Shown here piece by piece: positions 8,603-17,820 of a stretch of 64,000 bases of DNA. Under the pieces are notes generated by a model. It ran no database searches. It was not told the origin of the DNA and saw only the letters and a program-made list of their open reading frames with translations. The stretch covers positions 288,001-352,000 of the forward strand of contig OZ242318.1 of NCBI GenBank assembly GCA_965208105.1, written 5' to 3'. The DNA is from Candidatus Latescibacterota bacterium. GTDB lineage: Bacteria > Latescibacterota > UBA2968 > UBA8231. The position numbers and the translations under genes are program-made. Positions within the stretch are counted from its first letter, which is position 1, and each line of letters begins with the position of its first letter.

Positions 8603-11373
8603 GCCGCTAACGCCTCATTCAATTCGTCAATCACATCATACATCCGGTCGCCAAAGAGATTGTACATCTGCCCAAGGCCGCCCCTGCCATCGAACGGAGC
8701 CATGTCCAGGTCGTCGCGGTCCAGATGAAACGAGGTGATGATGTGGTCACGGATCATGCGTAGCCAGCCCATCTGCTCCTCGTTGAACTTCTCTCCGCTA
8801 CCGCTGTGGTGCGCCATAATCCAATTCTGAAAATTGCGGCGCACGGTTTCCGAATAGGGAGACAGTGTCGCGTCGATACCGCAAACCCGGCGGATCAACG
8901 CCACGAGCGCGATCAGTTCACTATCCGGTTGGCTGCCTTTGTATTCATCAAGCAAGGAGTATGCCTGCCAGACCCGCAAAGGGGCTAGTCGAGGCTGGTC
9001 GCTCTTGAGCTTGTCGAAAACCTCGCGGATCATCTCGAAGGTCAGCTCTCTGCGCCTATGCGGTTGGGCGTAGAAGATGGTCAGGGCTTCGATCTCGTCT
9101 CGATTCGCTTCCAAATACTGGCGGAAGTCCTGTACCATGGCTTCGGCGTTCTCGTGCGCGTCGCCTTCCCATTCAGCGCGCTCCACGGTGTCCAGGCTGT
9201 CATGGTCGATGGTCTGTTCCTTGTCGCGACGAATCGAGTCGATCAGCTCAATCAACTCGCCGTTGAAAACGCTGGCAGCGTCACGGACCAGCTGCTCCTG
9301 AGCCGTTTCGCGTGCCGCCGATGACGGCTCGGCCTCGTCGGGCACCGGCTCGGTCTCGCGGGCCTTCGCTTCGATTTGGTCTGGGTCGATGGCCTCCAGC
9401 AGATTGCCGACGATAGCGGTGAGTTCGATGCCGCCAGCCTTTTGGCGGATTTGTTCCTGCTCAGCGTGGTCGAGTTGTCGGTTGAGCCTGGCAAGGCGGC
9501 CGGCAAGTGAGCTCACGGTGTCTTCGTCGTGCGCGCCCATCATCACGCCCGTGAGGAGATCCTTGAGTGGCACAGAGGGCTTGGTGATGAGTGGCTGGCT
9601 GGCGGTCTTGAGTGATTTCGTCACGCCGACGGCATCCACGATCACATAGTGGGTCTTTCCGCTGACAGCGGAAGGGGAGACTTTCTTGAGGTCGTCATGG
9701 TCCAGTGTCCGGGTGCCGCGTCCCTTCATCTGCTCGAAGTAGTTGAGGCTCCTCACGTCGCGCATGAAGAGCAGGCATTCAAGCGGCTTGACGTCGGTAC
9801 CCGTGGCGATCATATCCACCGTCACAGCGATACGCGGGTAGTAGTCGTTTCTGAACTGGGCGAGGACGGACGCCGGGGCTTCTTCGGTTCTGTAGGTGAC
9901 CTTTTTGCAGAACTCGTTGCCTTCGGCGAATTCCTCGCGCACGGTCTGGATGATGTCGTCGGCGTGGCTGTCGGTCTTTGCAAAAATCAGTGTCTTCGGA
10001 ACTTCGCTGCGGCCTGGGAATATCTCGGGCAGTTTGTCGTGGAACGTGCGGACGACCGTGCGGATCTGGTCGGGGTTGACGACGGCGCGGTCGAGTTCCC
10101 GGGCATCATAGGTAGAGTCTTCTTCCTGGATCTCCCAGCGCTTTCGGCGGGTCAGGCGCTCGCGCTTTTCGACCTGCTGGCCGGTTTCGAGCCAGCCTCC
10201 GTGCTGCGTCCGTTCCGTATCGATGACGTAGATCTCGTTGCCGACATTGACGCCGTCAGCGACAGCTTGCTCATGGGGGTACTCGCTGACGACGTTCTTC
10301 TTGAAGAATCCGTAGGTGCGTTTGTCCGGTGTGGCTGTCAGGCCGACGAGATAGGCGTCGAAATATTCGAGGACTTGACACCAGAGGTTGTAAATCGATC
10401 TGTGGCACTCGTCGATGACGATAAAATCGAAAAACTCGGGAGGGATTTTTTCGTTATAGACAACCGGCACTGGATATTTGAGCTTAACCATTTCCTCCGG
10501 GTTGATCTCTTCGGCAGATTCGTCCAACTCCTCGCCCTTAAGGATCGAATACATACGCTGGATGGTGCTGATGCAGACTTGGATGTCCTGCGCGACGAAG
10601 GAGGATTGGAGACGCTGGACGTTGTAGAGTTCGGTGAATTTCCGGTTGTCGTCACCGGGTACGTAGGCCATGAATTCCTGCTCCGCCTGTTCCCCCAGAT
10701 GCTTTGTGTCTACAAGAAAGAGGATTCGCTTGGCGCTGGCGTGTTTGAGCAGCCGGTAGATCGAGGTGACGGCGGTGTAGGTCTTGCCCGAGCCAGTGGC
10801 CATCTGAATGAGGGCGCGCGGGCGGTCATCTTTGAAAGATGCCTCCAACCTCTCAATGGCGCTGACCTGGCAGGACCTCAGCCCTGCAGGGTCTAAATCC
10901 GGAAGCTCTTGGAGCCTCTCACGAAGGGAACCCGGCTGGGTATGCCAGTCCTGGATCGTCTTTGGCCGAGGGTAGTTGAACACTTCCCGGGAGCGGGGCC
11001 TTGGATCGCGTCCGTCGGTGAAGCGCGTGAGCACACCAGTACTTTCATAGACGAATGGCAGGGGGTCTTTATTGTTCACCCACTTGAGCTCGGCAGCGGC
11101 ATAGGCGGCGGATTGCTCCTCGGCAGTCGTGATTTTATGACCCCACTCCTCCGGCTTGGCCTCGACAATACCGACAGGTTTCTTGTCGACAAAGAGAACG
11201 TAGTCGGCTGGTCCAACATCCGTCTGATACTCGCGAACGGCGATCCCGAGGCCAGCGTTGAGGTCGATCTTTTTCTTGTCCTGAACTATCCAGCCAGCAT
11301 GGGACAACGACTGATCGATCTCGTCTCGCGCCGCCTGTTCCGGGGTTTGATTGATTTTCGTAATTTTGCTCAT
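8599..11373 (-). CDS. hsdR: Type I R-M restriction subunit R (EcoAI/EcoEI-like)
   Basis: Nuclease motif ADYVL...IVEAK, Walker A MATGSGKT, DECH, LTATP, and QMKGRGTR helicase motifs; 924 aa. Confidence 0.95.
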   Translation of the reverse strand: MSKITKINQTPEQAARDEIDQSLSHAGWIVQDKKKIDLNAGLGIAVREYQTDVGPADYVLFVDKKPVGIVEAKPEEWGHKITTAEEQSAAYAAAELKWVNNKDPLPFVYESTGVLTRFTDGRDPRPRSREVFNYPRPKTIQDWHTQPGSLRERLQELPDLDPAGLRSCQVSAIERLEASFKDDRPRALIQMATGSGKTYTAVTSIYRLLKHASAKRILFLVDTKHLGEQAEQEFMAYVPGDDNRKFTELYNVQRLQSSFVAQDIQVCISTIQRMYSILKGEELDESAEEINPEEMVKLKYPVPVVYNEKIPPEFFDFIVIDECHRSIYNLWCQVLEYFDAYLVGLTATPDKRTYGFFKKNVVSEYPHEQAVADGVNVGNEIYVIDTERTQHGGWLETGQQVEKRERLTRRKRWEIQEEDSTYDARELDRAVVNPDQIRTVVRTFHDKLPEIFPGRSEVPKTLIFAKTDSHADDIIQTVREEFAEGNEFCKKVTYRTEEAPASVLAQFRNDYYPRIAVTVDMIATGTDVKPLECLLFMRDVRSLNYFEQMKGRGTRTLDHDDLKKVSPSAVSGKTHYVIVDAVGVTKSLKTASQPLITKPSVPLKDLLTGVMMGAHDEDTVSSLAGRLARLNRQLDHAEQEQIRQKAGGIELTAIVGNLLEAIDPDQIEAKARETEPVPDEAEPSSAARETAQEQLVRDAASVFNGELIELIDSIRRDKEQTIDHDSLDTVERAEWEGDAHENAEAMVQDFRQYLEANRDEIEALTIFYAQPHRRRELTFEMIREVFDKLKSDQPRLAPLRVWQAYSLLDEYKGSQPDSELIALVALIRRVCGIDATLSPYSETVRRNFQNWIMAHHSGSGEKFNEEQMGWLRMIRDHIITSFHLDRDDLDMAPFDGRGGLGQMYNLFGDRMYDVIDELNEALAA

Positions 11374-11497
11374 CTACCCTTCAAGTTTGGTCCGGAATGC
11401 CCAGGAGAGCTATCAGCATGGGACTCTCAATGCATGTGAGGGATTAGTTCATTGAGCGCTTGGGAGGCAGTATATCCAAGTACATGCTATTGGAACA

Positions 11498-11526
11498 ATT
11501 AGGCACCATTCCGAGAACATTGTCAA
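11498..11526 (-). promoter_or_regulatory. Possible sigma70 promoter of the hsd operon
   Basis: Minus strand TTGACA-N17-CCTAAT: perfect -35, weak -10, about 125 bp upstream of hsdR. Confidence 0.3.
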
Positions 11527-11650
11527 GGGTCCTGATGCAGGTGAAAGGTCGGTAGAATACCCGAGGAATCGATGATCGATTTTGCTTTTTGAAATCCTCA
11601 CCTATTCTCTTATTTTCAATGGAATTTTGCTAGATTCGGAGGAAGGGGAC

Positions 11651-12046
11651 ATGAGCCCAGAAAAACTATTCGAAGCCGCCTTCCCCTATGGCGAGGACAT
11701 CTTCGCCTTGCCGGTGGAGGACCTGGACCAGGCCGCGAAGTGGTACGGCGCCGCATTTGGAATGGCCGAGGTGGAAAGGCGCGACGACCCCGTGCCGACT
11801 GTGGTTCTCGAGCGCGACGGGGTGCGGGTCGGATTTGCGATCAACGGCGGCGACGCCGGCCAGGAAGGCGCGGCCATTCTGGTGAACGACATCCACCGGG
11901 CCCGGCAGGAGCTGGAAGCCAGCGGCGTCGAAACGGGCAACTGGCGCGTCGACGAGCGCGACGGCGAGAAATTCCAGGTTTTCTTCGTCGTCGCCCCTGA
12001 CGGGCTTTGCTACTACTTCCATCAGCCCCTCGAAAACGCCGGCTAG
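11651..12046 (+). CDS. VOC / glyoxalase family protein
   Basis: LPVEDLDQAAKWY...FFVVAPDGLCYYF pattern. RBS GGAAGGGG before ATG at 11651. Confidence 0.85.
   Translation: MSPEKLFEAAFPYGEDIFALPVEDLDQAAKWYGAAFGMAEVERRDDPVPTVVLERDGVRVGFAINGGDAGQEGAAILVNDIHRARQELEASGVETGNWRVDERDGEKFQVFFVVAPDGLCYYFHQPLENAG
12021..12046 (+). repeat. Direct repeat copy 1 (3' end of the VOC gene)
   Basis: ATCAGCCCCTCGAAAACGCCGGCTAG; 25/26 identical to 13574-13599. Confidence 0.9.
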
Positions 12047-12081
12047 GAGCAGCTCATGGTTCGAACCATCGGGCTCCGCAC

Positions 12082-13395
12082 TCATGATTCCATTACCAGC
12101 CGGAACCCGGGGATGGCGAACTGGAAGGTCAGGGGCCAGAAGTTGCGGTAGCTGATGCGGATGTGGTCCTTGGGCGTCGCCCAGCTCCCCCCTTTGAGGA
12201 CCATCTTGTTGCTCATGAACTTGCCGTTGTACTCGGCGATGGCGCCGTCGTAGGGCCGAAACCCGGGGTAGGGCAGGTAGGAGCTGTTGGTCCATTCCCA
12301 GACGTTGCCAATCATGTGCTTGAGCCCTCCTTCCTGAGGCGTCATCGCCGGCCGGTACGCCTCCCCGTCCAGAAGCACCGCTTCATTCTTGCGCACCTGC
12401 GCCATGGCGTCGGTGCGCCGGGCGGCGTGCTCCCATTCCGCCTCGGTGGGCAGGCGCACGATCCTGTCCCCGCCGCGGCTTTTCCAGTTGGCGTAGGCCG
12501 CGGCCTCAAAGTAGCTCAGGTGAGAGACCGGCTCGTGGGGATCCGTCTCCTGCCAGCCGTGCAGGGTGAACTGCTGCCACATGCCGTCGATCTGTTGCCA
12601 GTATAGGGGAGCCCGGGGGAAAATCTCTCTATCCGCCAGCCGGAGCACCGGCCGCATGGAGCCGTCATCCCAGGCCTCGGAGAGCCACCAGGCGAAGTTC
12701 TCGTAACCGCCGTCGGCGATGAACTCCAGAAACTCACCGTTGGTCACCGGGCGGTTCATCATGGCAAAGGAATGGATGTATTGGCGGTGCACCCCGTACT
12801 CGTTGTCGAAGCCGAACCCACCTTCCAAGTTGCCCACCTCTGCAATGGTCTCTTCGAAGGGGATCCACTGGAGGGGGATCTCCACCGAGCCCGGGGCACG
12901 GGACTCGCCGCTGATGCGGTCGCCTTCTGTGCGGCGCTCGAATCTGTTGCGCAGAACCTCGGTGTAGAACAGCTCCTGGTGCTGCTGCTCGTGGTTGATC
13001 CCCAACTCCACCAGCCGGTCGAACTCTTCGCCGTGGTCGCCGTCGAGGAGGAGGTCCATCACCTCGTCCACGTCGGACCGGTACTTCAATATGCCCCGAA
13101 GAGGGGCCTCGTGGACGAGCACCGCGCCGCGGCAGGCTTGGCGCACGTGACGGCCAGCCCCCTTGTAGTAGGAGTTGAAGTGATACCACAGCTTGCCGTC
13201 CCGCCCGAGGGACCCGGCGTACCTGCCGAGGATGACGGCGTCGAAGAACCAGTTGGTGTGCCCAAGGTTCCAGGCCGGCGGGCTCACCTCCTGCACGGCC
13301 TGGTGGTAAAATTCCTCCTCGCTCAGCAGCGCCACCATTTCAAGAGAGTGGTTGCGCACCCTGTGATACCTCTCGCGTAGAGAATCAACAGACAC
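12082..13395 (-). CDS. egtB: Non-heme iron sulfoxide synthase, EgtB/SenA family (DinB_2 + FGE-sulfatase domains)
   Basis: SPPAWNLGHTNWFF, GINHEQQHQEL (iron ligands), RLPTEAEWE, GNVWEWT, EYNGKFM and YRNFW. RBS AAGGAGGAG precedes GTG at 13395. Confidence 0.85.
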   Translation of the reverse strand: MSVDSLRERYHRVRNHSLEMVALLSEEEFYHQAVQEVSPPAWNLGHTNWFFDAVILGRYAGSLGRDGKLWYHFNSYYKGAGRHVRQACRGAVLVHEAPLRGILKYRSDVDEVMDLLLDGDHGEEFDRLVELGINHEQQHQELFYTEVLRNRFERRTEGDRISGESRAPGSVEIPLQWIPFEETIAEVGNLEGGFGFDNEYGVHRQYIHSFAMMNRPVTNGEFLEFIADGGYENFAWWLSEAWDDGSMRPVLRLADREIFPRAPLYWQQIDGMWQQFTLHGWQETDPHEPVSHLSYFEAAAYANWKSRGGDRIVRLPTEAEWEHAARRTDAMAQVRKNEAVLLDGEAYRPAMTPQEGGLKHMIGNVWEWTNSSYLPYPGFRPYDGAIAEYNGKFMSNKMVLKGGSWATPKDHIRISYRNFWPLTFQFAIPGFRLVMES

Positions 13396-13573
13396 ATCTC
13401 CTCCTTTACCCAAAGGTTTGCTAAGGCACGCCTTTTTGGGCCCGCCGTCAAGGGTAGGAGCTGCGGGTGTCAGGGGAGCCCCGGGATGATACTGGGCAGG
13501 GCCTGCGGTGGTACTTGCCGTGGGAGTATCCGGCGGATTGGCCAGGGTAGGGAATCAAGGGGGTATTGGCCGG

Positions 13574-13599
13574 ATCAGCCCCTCGAAAACGCCGACTAG
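13574..13599 (+). repeat. Direct repeat copy 2, interrupted at its TA by IS630
   Basis: ATCAGCCCCTCGAAAACGCCGACTAG. Confidence 0.9.
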
Positions 13600-14754
13600 T
13601 GCGCTGTTAAAGAGTGGGCATTGAATTTTGTATTTTGGCGAGCTTGGCATCGTCCTGGTTTCGATTTCTCCATACGAGGTATTCCTGCATGCGCTGGCCG
13701 ATGTCTCGATGGTCCCTTGGGTCGCTGTTCTTGATGACGAAGTAGTGGGCGGCCGTCATGTGGCATTCGAGACGGTTCATCCAGGAGGCGTTGGTAGCGG
13801 TGAAGACGAGGGAGACTCGATGCTGCCGACACCATTGCCGAATCTTTCGGGTCGCGTGCGTCGACAAATTGTCCAGAACGAGGTAGATGCGTTGGGCCTT
13901 GCGGTAGCGGTGCCGGATGGCCTTGAGGAAAGTGAGCACCTCCGAGGCGTGCTTCTTTCGCTTGTGATGCATCCACAGGACGTCCTCGTGGACGTTGTAG
14001 GCGCCGAAGAAATAGCTGACCCCGGCGTGCCGGGTGTAGGTGGCTCGGTGCCGCACCGGGTGCTTCTGCGGCGCCCAGGAGGAGCCGGCATGGGGCTTGA
14101 TCTGCACGGGCCCCATTTCGTCGAAGCAGACTACGACCGAGTCCTTCGGCGCACGCCGGTAGAGGCGGTCGATGCGTTTTTTTTCGAGGAGAAATCCGGA
14201 TCCTTCGACTCCTTCCAGGTGCGGGTACGTTGGTAGGTGACCTTATGCCGGTCCAAGACCTTGGCGATGGTCACGTGCGAGACCTTGGGGATCATCTTGC
14301 GCCCGACCAGACAGTCGGTCAGCTTGCGCAGCGACCACTGGTTGAAGGGTTGGCCGAAAGCCCGAGGGGGCATCTTGGCGATCTCCACCACCACGGACTC
14401 GTCTTCGGGCGTCAGCGCTGGGGTGCGCCCCGGGTGGGCTCGCGTGCGAAGCGACGCCAGCCCTTCCTCGTTGTATCGTCGGACCAGGGAGCGGATGTAT
14501 TCCTCGTGCAGATGCAGCGTCGCCGACAGCTCCTGGACCCGCATACCCTGGGCACTGAGGGAGATCAATTGCCCTCGTCGCATCTGTACGGCATTGCGTG
14601 GCCGCTTCAGCCATCGGCCCAGTTCTTTCGATTCGGCCGCATCCGGTGTTCGAGCATGGAGGCACATGGCAGGACCCTCCCAGAAAAATGGACATAGGTC
14701 CCCATGATACCAACATGTACGAAAAAGTACAAGCCTGAATCCTTAACAGAGCAC
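13599..14754 (-). mobile_element. IS630-family insertion sequence (about 1156 bp) with TA target duplication
   Basis: Terminal inverted repeats (TA)GTGCGCTGTTAA and TTAACAGAGCAC(TA), one mismatch. TA at 13597-13598 and 14755-14756. Contains a two-frame transposase. Confidence 0.92.
13607..14667 (-). CDS. IS630 transposase (HTH OrfA 14131-14667 joined to DDE OrfB by -1 frameshift)
   Basis: OrfA has HTH motifs (RRYNEEG, WSLRKL). A8 run (T8 at 14177-14184 on +). The -1 frame continues KKRIDRLY...VVCFDEMGP...VLDNLSTH...SWMNRLE (D, D, E). Confidence 0.9.
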
Positions 14755-14760
14755 TAGGGG

Positions 14761-15396
14761 TCATTTCTTCAAAAACACATACCGCTCCAGCCGGGCCAGC
14801 TCCTTGTCGTCGACGTATTTCCCGATTTCCCGCCGCCAGTGATTCATGCTTTTATAGGGCCTGTATTCCTCGAACTCGTGGGCCATGCGATTTCCCACCC
14901 CCGGGATGGTGAGGATGTCCTCCTCGCTGGCGCTGTTGAGCTCGAGGGGTACGAAGACGTACTGCTCCAGCCGGGATAGCTCTTCATCGTCGACGTATTT
15001 CCCGATTTCCCGCCGCCAGTGATTCATGCTTTTATAGGGCCTGTATTCCTCGAACTCGTGGGCCATGCGCCTGCCCACGCCGGGAACGAGCTTCATTTCT
15101 TTTGTGCTTGAGCTGTTGAGGTTTATGGGCAGAAAGAGATGGGTATAGAGCTCAGACCTCTGCGAGTCCGCGAGGGCCGAATCCAGGTAGGCGTCGAATT
15201 CCGCCATTCTCAGAAACGGCCGCAGCTCTTTCATCCCTTCCACCAGCGTCGAGTCCAGTTGCTCCAGGGCCAGCAGTTGCTCGACTGCGGCCAGGTTGGG
15301 ATTGAGGACGGTTTCGTTTTTTCCCACCTGACCGCGGGCGCCGCTGTTGCAAAAGCATATCACAGCCACCAGGGTTAGAATGACTCGTTCCATCAT
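14761..15396 (-). CDS. Secreted helix-hairpin-helix repeat protein (ComEA-like)
   Basis: Signal peptide; repeated LN-x-A/S...IPGVG-x-RMA HhH units; internal 60-aa tandem duplication. Confidence 0.8.
   Translation of the reverse strand: MMERVILTLVAVICFCNSGARGQVGKNETVLNPNLAAVEQLLALEQLDSTLVEGMKELRPFLRMAEFDAYLDSALADSQRSELYTHLFLPINLNSSSTKEMKLVPGVGRRMAHEFEEYRPYKSMNHWRREIGKYVDDEELSRLEQYVFVPLELNSASEEDILTIPGVGNRMAHEFEEYRPYKSMNHWRREIGKYVDDKELARLERYVFLKK
14807..15069. repeat. 83-bp nucleotide-identical internal repeat, period 180 bp
   Basis: 14807-14889 equals 14987-15069 (TCGTCGACGTATTTCCC...GGCCATGCG). Confidence 0.9.
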
Positions 15397-15406
15397 TTGT
15401 TTCTCC

Positions 15407-15856
15407 TTATGTGGGCCTCCGGTTCAGGGCCGGGTGCCTGTAGGTGTAGAGCAACCCGACCAGGCCCAACTGGAGCAGGGCTCCGGGCGCCAGCGCCGGC
15501 AGCGCGCCTGCCAAGGCCCCGGAGAGCAGTTCCAGGCCGGCCAGGGTGGGGTACAACTCCAGCTCGAACTCCATGTTTGCGCGCAAATGAAACCAGCAGC
15601 CCAGCAACCCGGCCGCGACGAAGGCGAGCATGGTGAGGCGGAACAGGCGCAGAAGGATCGACCCCTGGAAGATCAGCCGCGCCGCCGACAGGACCAGTCC
15701 GCAACCCAGAAGCACCAGGGGCACCAGTTGCCGCCATTCTTCGAAATGCCCGAGCAGGAGCAACTCGGCACCCAGACCCACAGATCCCAGGAGGAAGACC
15801 AGCAGGAGCCCCCGGCGCAGGATGATGGCTCCGCCGTCTCTTTCCCATTCGACCAT
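15407..15856 (-). CDS. Hypothetical 4-TM membrane protein
   Basis: Four hydrophobic segments with ELLLLGHFEE, WFHLRAN and LPALAPGA. RBS GAGGTGG before ATG at 15856. Confidence 0.7.
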   Translation of the reverse strand: MVEWERDGGAIILRRGLLLVFLLGSVGLGAELLLLGHFEEWRQLVPLVLLGCGLVLSAARLIFQGSILLRLFRLTMLAFVAAGLLGCWFHLRANMEFELELYPTLAGLELLSGALAGALPALAPGALLQLGLVGLLYTYRHPALNRRPT

Positions 15857-15910
15857 ATTTCCACCTCTACCGCCTCGTGCCAACATACCCTGGATGGCTG
15901 GCGGCGATTG

Positions 15911-16705
15911 TCAAAGAAAGCACGTCAACGCGGGAACGACCAGGGGCCGGGGGCCATGGGGGTGGGGGATGACCGTTACGGGAATGTCGTAAACAGCCTC
16001 GATAACCTCGGCCTGCAGCACCTGCTCAGGCGGCCCCGAGGCCACCTCCCGGCCCTCCTTCAGAAGCAGGATGCGGTCGGCGTATTGGGCGGCCAGGTTG
16101 AGGTCGTGCAGTACCACCAGCACGCCGACCTGGCGCTCGGCGAACCCCCGCGCCACGCTCAGGGCCTGGTGCTGGTGGGCAAGGTCCAGGCTGGAGGTGG
16201 GTTCGTCGAGCAACAGATAGCGCGGCAGTTCGTCCATCGCCTCCCAGATCTGCGCGAGCACCCTTCCCAGGTGGACCCGCTGGCTCTCTCCCCCCGACAG
16301 GGTCGGGTAGAGGCGGTCCTCCAGGTGGCCGACCCCCGCCTCCTCCAGGGCGGCCCGGGCGATGGCCAGGTCCCGCCGGGTTTCAGGGCCGCGCAGATGG
16401 GGGCTGCGGCCCATGAGCGCCACCTCCAGCACCCGGAAGGGAAAGCTCAGGCTGGACTGCTGCGGCAGGACCGCGCGGACCCGGGCGCTGGCCTTCCTGT
16501 CCCAGGATGACAGCGGGCGTCCTCCCATGGACACCGTTCCCCGGGTGGGGGACAGGTCCCCGCACAGGACCTTGAGGAGGGTGGATTTGCCGGCGCCGTT
16601 GGGTCCCAGCACCGCCAGGACCTCGTTTGGCCGCACCTGGACTGACATCTCGGCCAGCAGGGTATTGCCCTCCACCACCACCTGGAGGTTGGAGCCGGCC
16701 AGCAT
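15911..16705 (-). CDS. hmuV: Heme ABC transporter ATP-binding protein
   Basis: GPNGAGKST, LSGGESQRV, LLLDEPTSSLD and VVLHDLNLAAQYAD. ATG overlaps the hmuU stop (TGATG). Confidence 0.92.
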   Translation of the reverse strand: MLAGSNLQVVVEGNTLLAEMSVQVRPNEVLAVLGPNGAGKSTLLKVLCGDLSPTRGTVSMGGRPLSSWDRKASARVRAVLPQQSSLSFPFRVLEVALMGRSPHLRGPETRRDLAIARAALEEAGVGHLEDRLYPTLSGGESQRVHLGRVLAQIWEAMDELPRYLLLDEPTSSLDLAHQHQALSVARGFAERQVGVLVVLHDLNLAAQYADRILLLKEGREVASGPPEQVLQAEVIEAVYDIPVTVIPHPHGPRPLVVPALTCFL

Positions 16706-17820
16706 CAGAAGCTCCCCAGGCGCCGCCCGCGCTGCAGCAGGTAGATGAAGAAGGGGCCGCCGATGACGGCGGTTACGATGCCGATGGGAAGCTCGGCCGG
16801 AGCTACCAGGGTGCGGGCGATGAGATCGGCCCCCAGCAGGAGGCTGGCGCCGAGGAGGGCGGCTCCGGGGAGCAGCAGGCGGTGGTCCGGACCCAGGGTA
16901 AGGCGCAGCAGGTGGGGGACCACCAGGCCGACGAAGCCGATGATTCCGGCAACGGCCACCGCCGCACCCACCGACAGGGCGACGAGGACCACCACCGCGC
17001 GCTTGAGGCGGTCGACGTTGCAGCCGAGGTGTCCGGCTTCGGCCTCCCCCAGCAGCAGCGCGTTGAGGTGCCGGGCGCAGCGCAGCAGCCCAAGGGTCGC
17101 GAGCCCGATGAGGGGAGCTGCCGCGGCCACGGCCGGCCAGGTCGCCCCGCCCAGACTGCCCATGCTCCAGAAGGTCAGGTTGCGCAGCTGGGCGTCGTCG
17201 GCCACGAAGGTGAATATCCCGGTGACGGCCCCGGCCACGGCGTTGATGGCGATGCCGGCCAGCAGCATGGTGGACACCGACACGCTGCCGTGCACCAGGG
17301 ACAGGCGGTAGACCAGCAGGGTGGTGGACGCCCCGCCGCCGAAAGCGGCGATGGACAGGGCGAAGGGCCCCATGGACCGGGTGGCGAAATCGAGTGCGGT
17401 AGACCCGAGGACAATGGTCGCCACCGCGGCCACGGCGGCGCCGCTGGAGACCCCCACGAGGCCCGGGTCGGCCAGGGGATTGCGGAAGAGGCCCTGCATG
17501 GCGCCCCCGGCCACCGCCAGACCCGCCCCGATCAACACCCCCAGCAGGACCCGCGGCAGGCGAATGCTGAGCAATATGGCCTCGTGGCGAGGCTCGAATG
17601 CCCACGGCAGGTTGAGGTCGAATTTGTGTCCGAGTACCGCCAGTACCTGCCCGGGTGCAATGGAGACGGCACCGGTACCCAGGCATGCCAGGCTCAGGAT
17701 CCCCAGCAGGAGCGCCAGCAGGGACAGGCCCAGGGTTCCCTTTTCACGCGCTGATATCCCGGGCAAGGTCAAGCGGCCCACCTGTGGCCGCAGAGGGCGG
17801 GATGCTTCAATCGGGGGCAT
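16705..17820 (-). CDS. hmuU: Heme ABC transporter permease (FecCD family)
   Basis: IRLPRV, QGLFRNPLADPGLVGVSSGA, LLGEAEAGHLG and GIIGFVGLVVPH. Confidence 0.92.
   Translation of the reverse strand: MPPIEASRPLRPQVGRLTLPGISAREKGTLGLSLLALLLGILSLACLGTGAVSIAPGQVLAVLGHKFDLNLPWAFEPRHEAILLSIRLPRVLLGVLIGAGLAVAGGAMQGLFRNPLADPGLVGVSSGAAVAAVATIVLGSTALDFATRSMGPFALSIAAFGGGASTTLLVYRLSLVHGSVSVSTMLLAGIAINAVAGAVTGIFTFVADDAQLRNLTFWSMGSLGGATWPAVAAAAPLIGLATLGLLRCARHLNALLLGEAEAGHLGCNVDRLKRAVVVLVALSVGAAVAVAGIIGFVGLVVPHLLRLTLGPDHRLLLPGAALLGASLLLGADLIARTLVAPAELPIGIVTAVIGGPFFIYLLQRGRRLGSF

Noticed and set aside
14131-14200. IS630 transposase as a frameshifted pseudogene
   Set aside because: The break is at an A8 slippery run between HTH and DDE domains, typical of programmed frameshifting, and the ends are intact.
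12021-15069. CRISPR array or other regularly spaced repeats
   Set aside because: Only two-copy repeats are present; no spacer array and no cas genes.
15911-17686. 591-aa version of HmuV
   Set aside because: The extension overlaps hmuU out of frame; the true start is the TGATG-coupled ATG at 16705.
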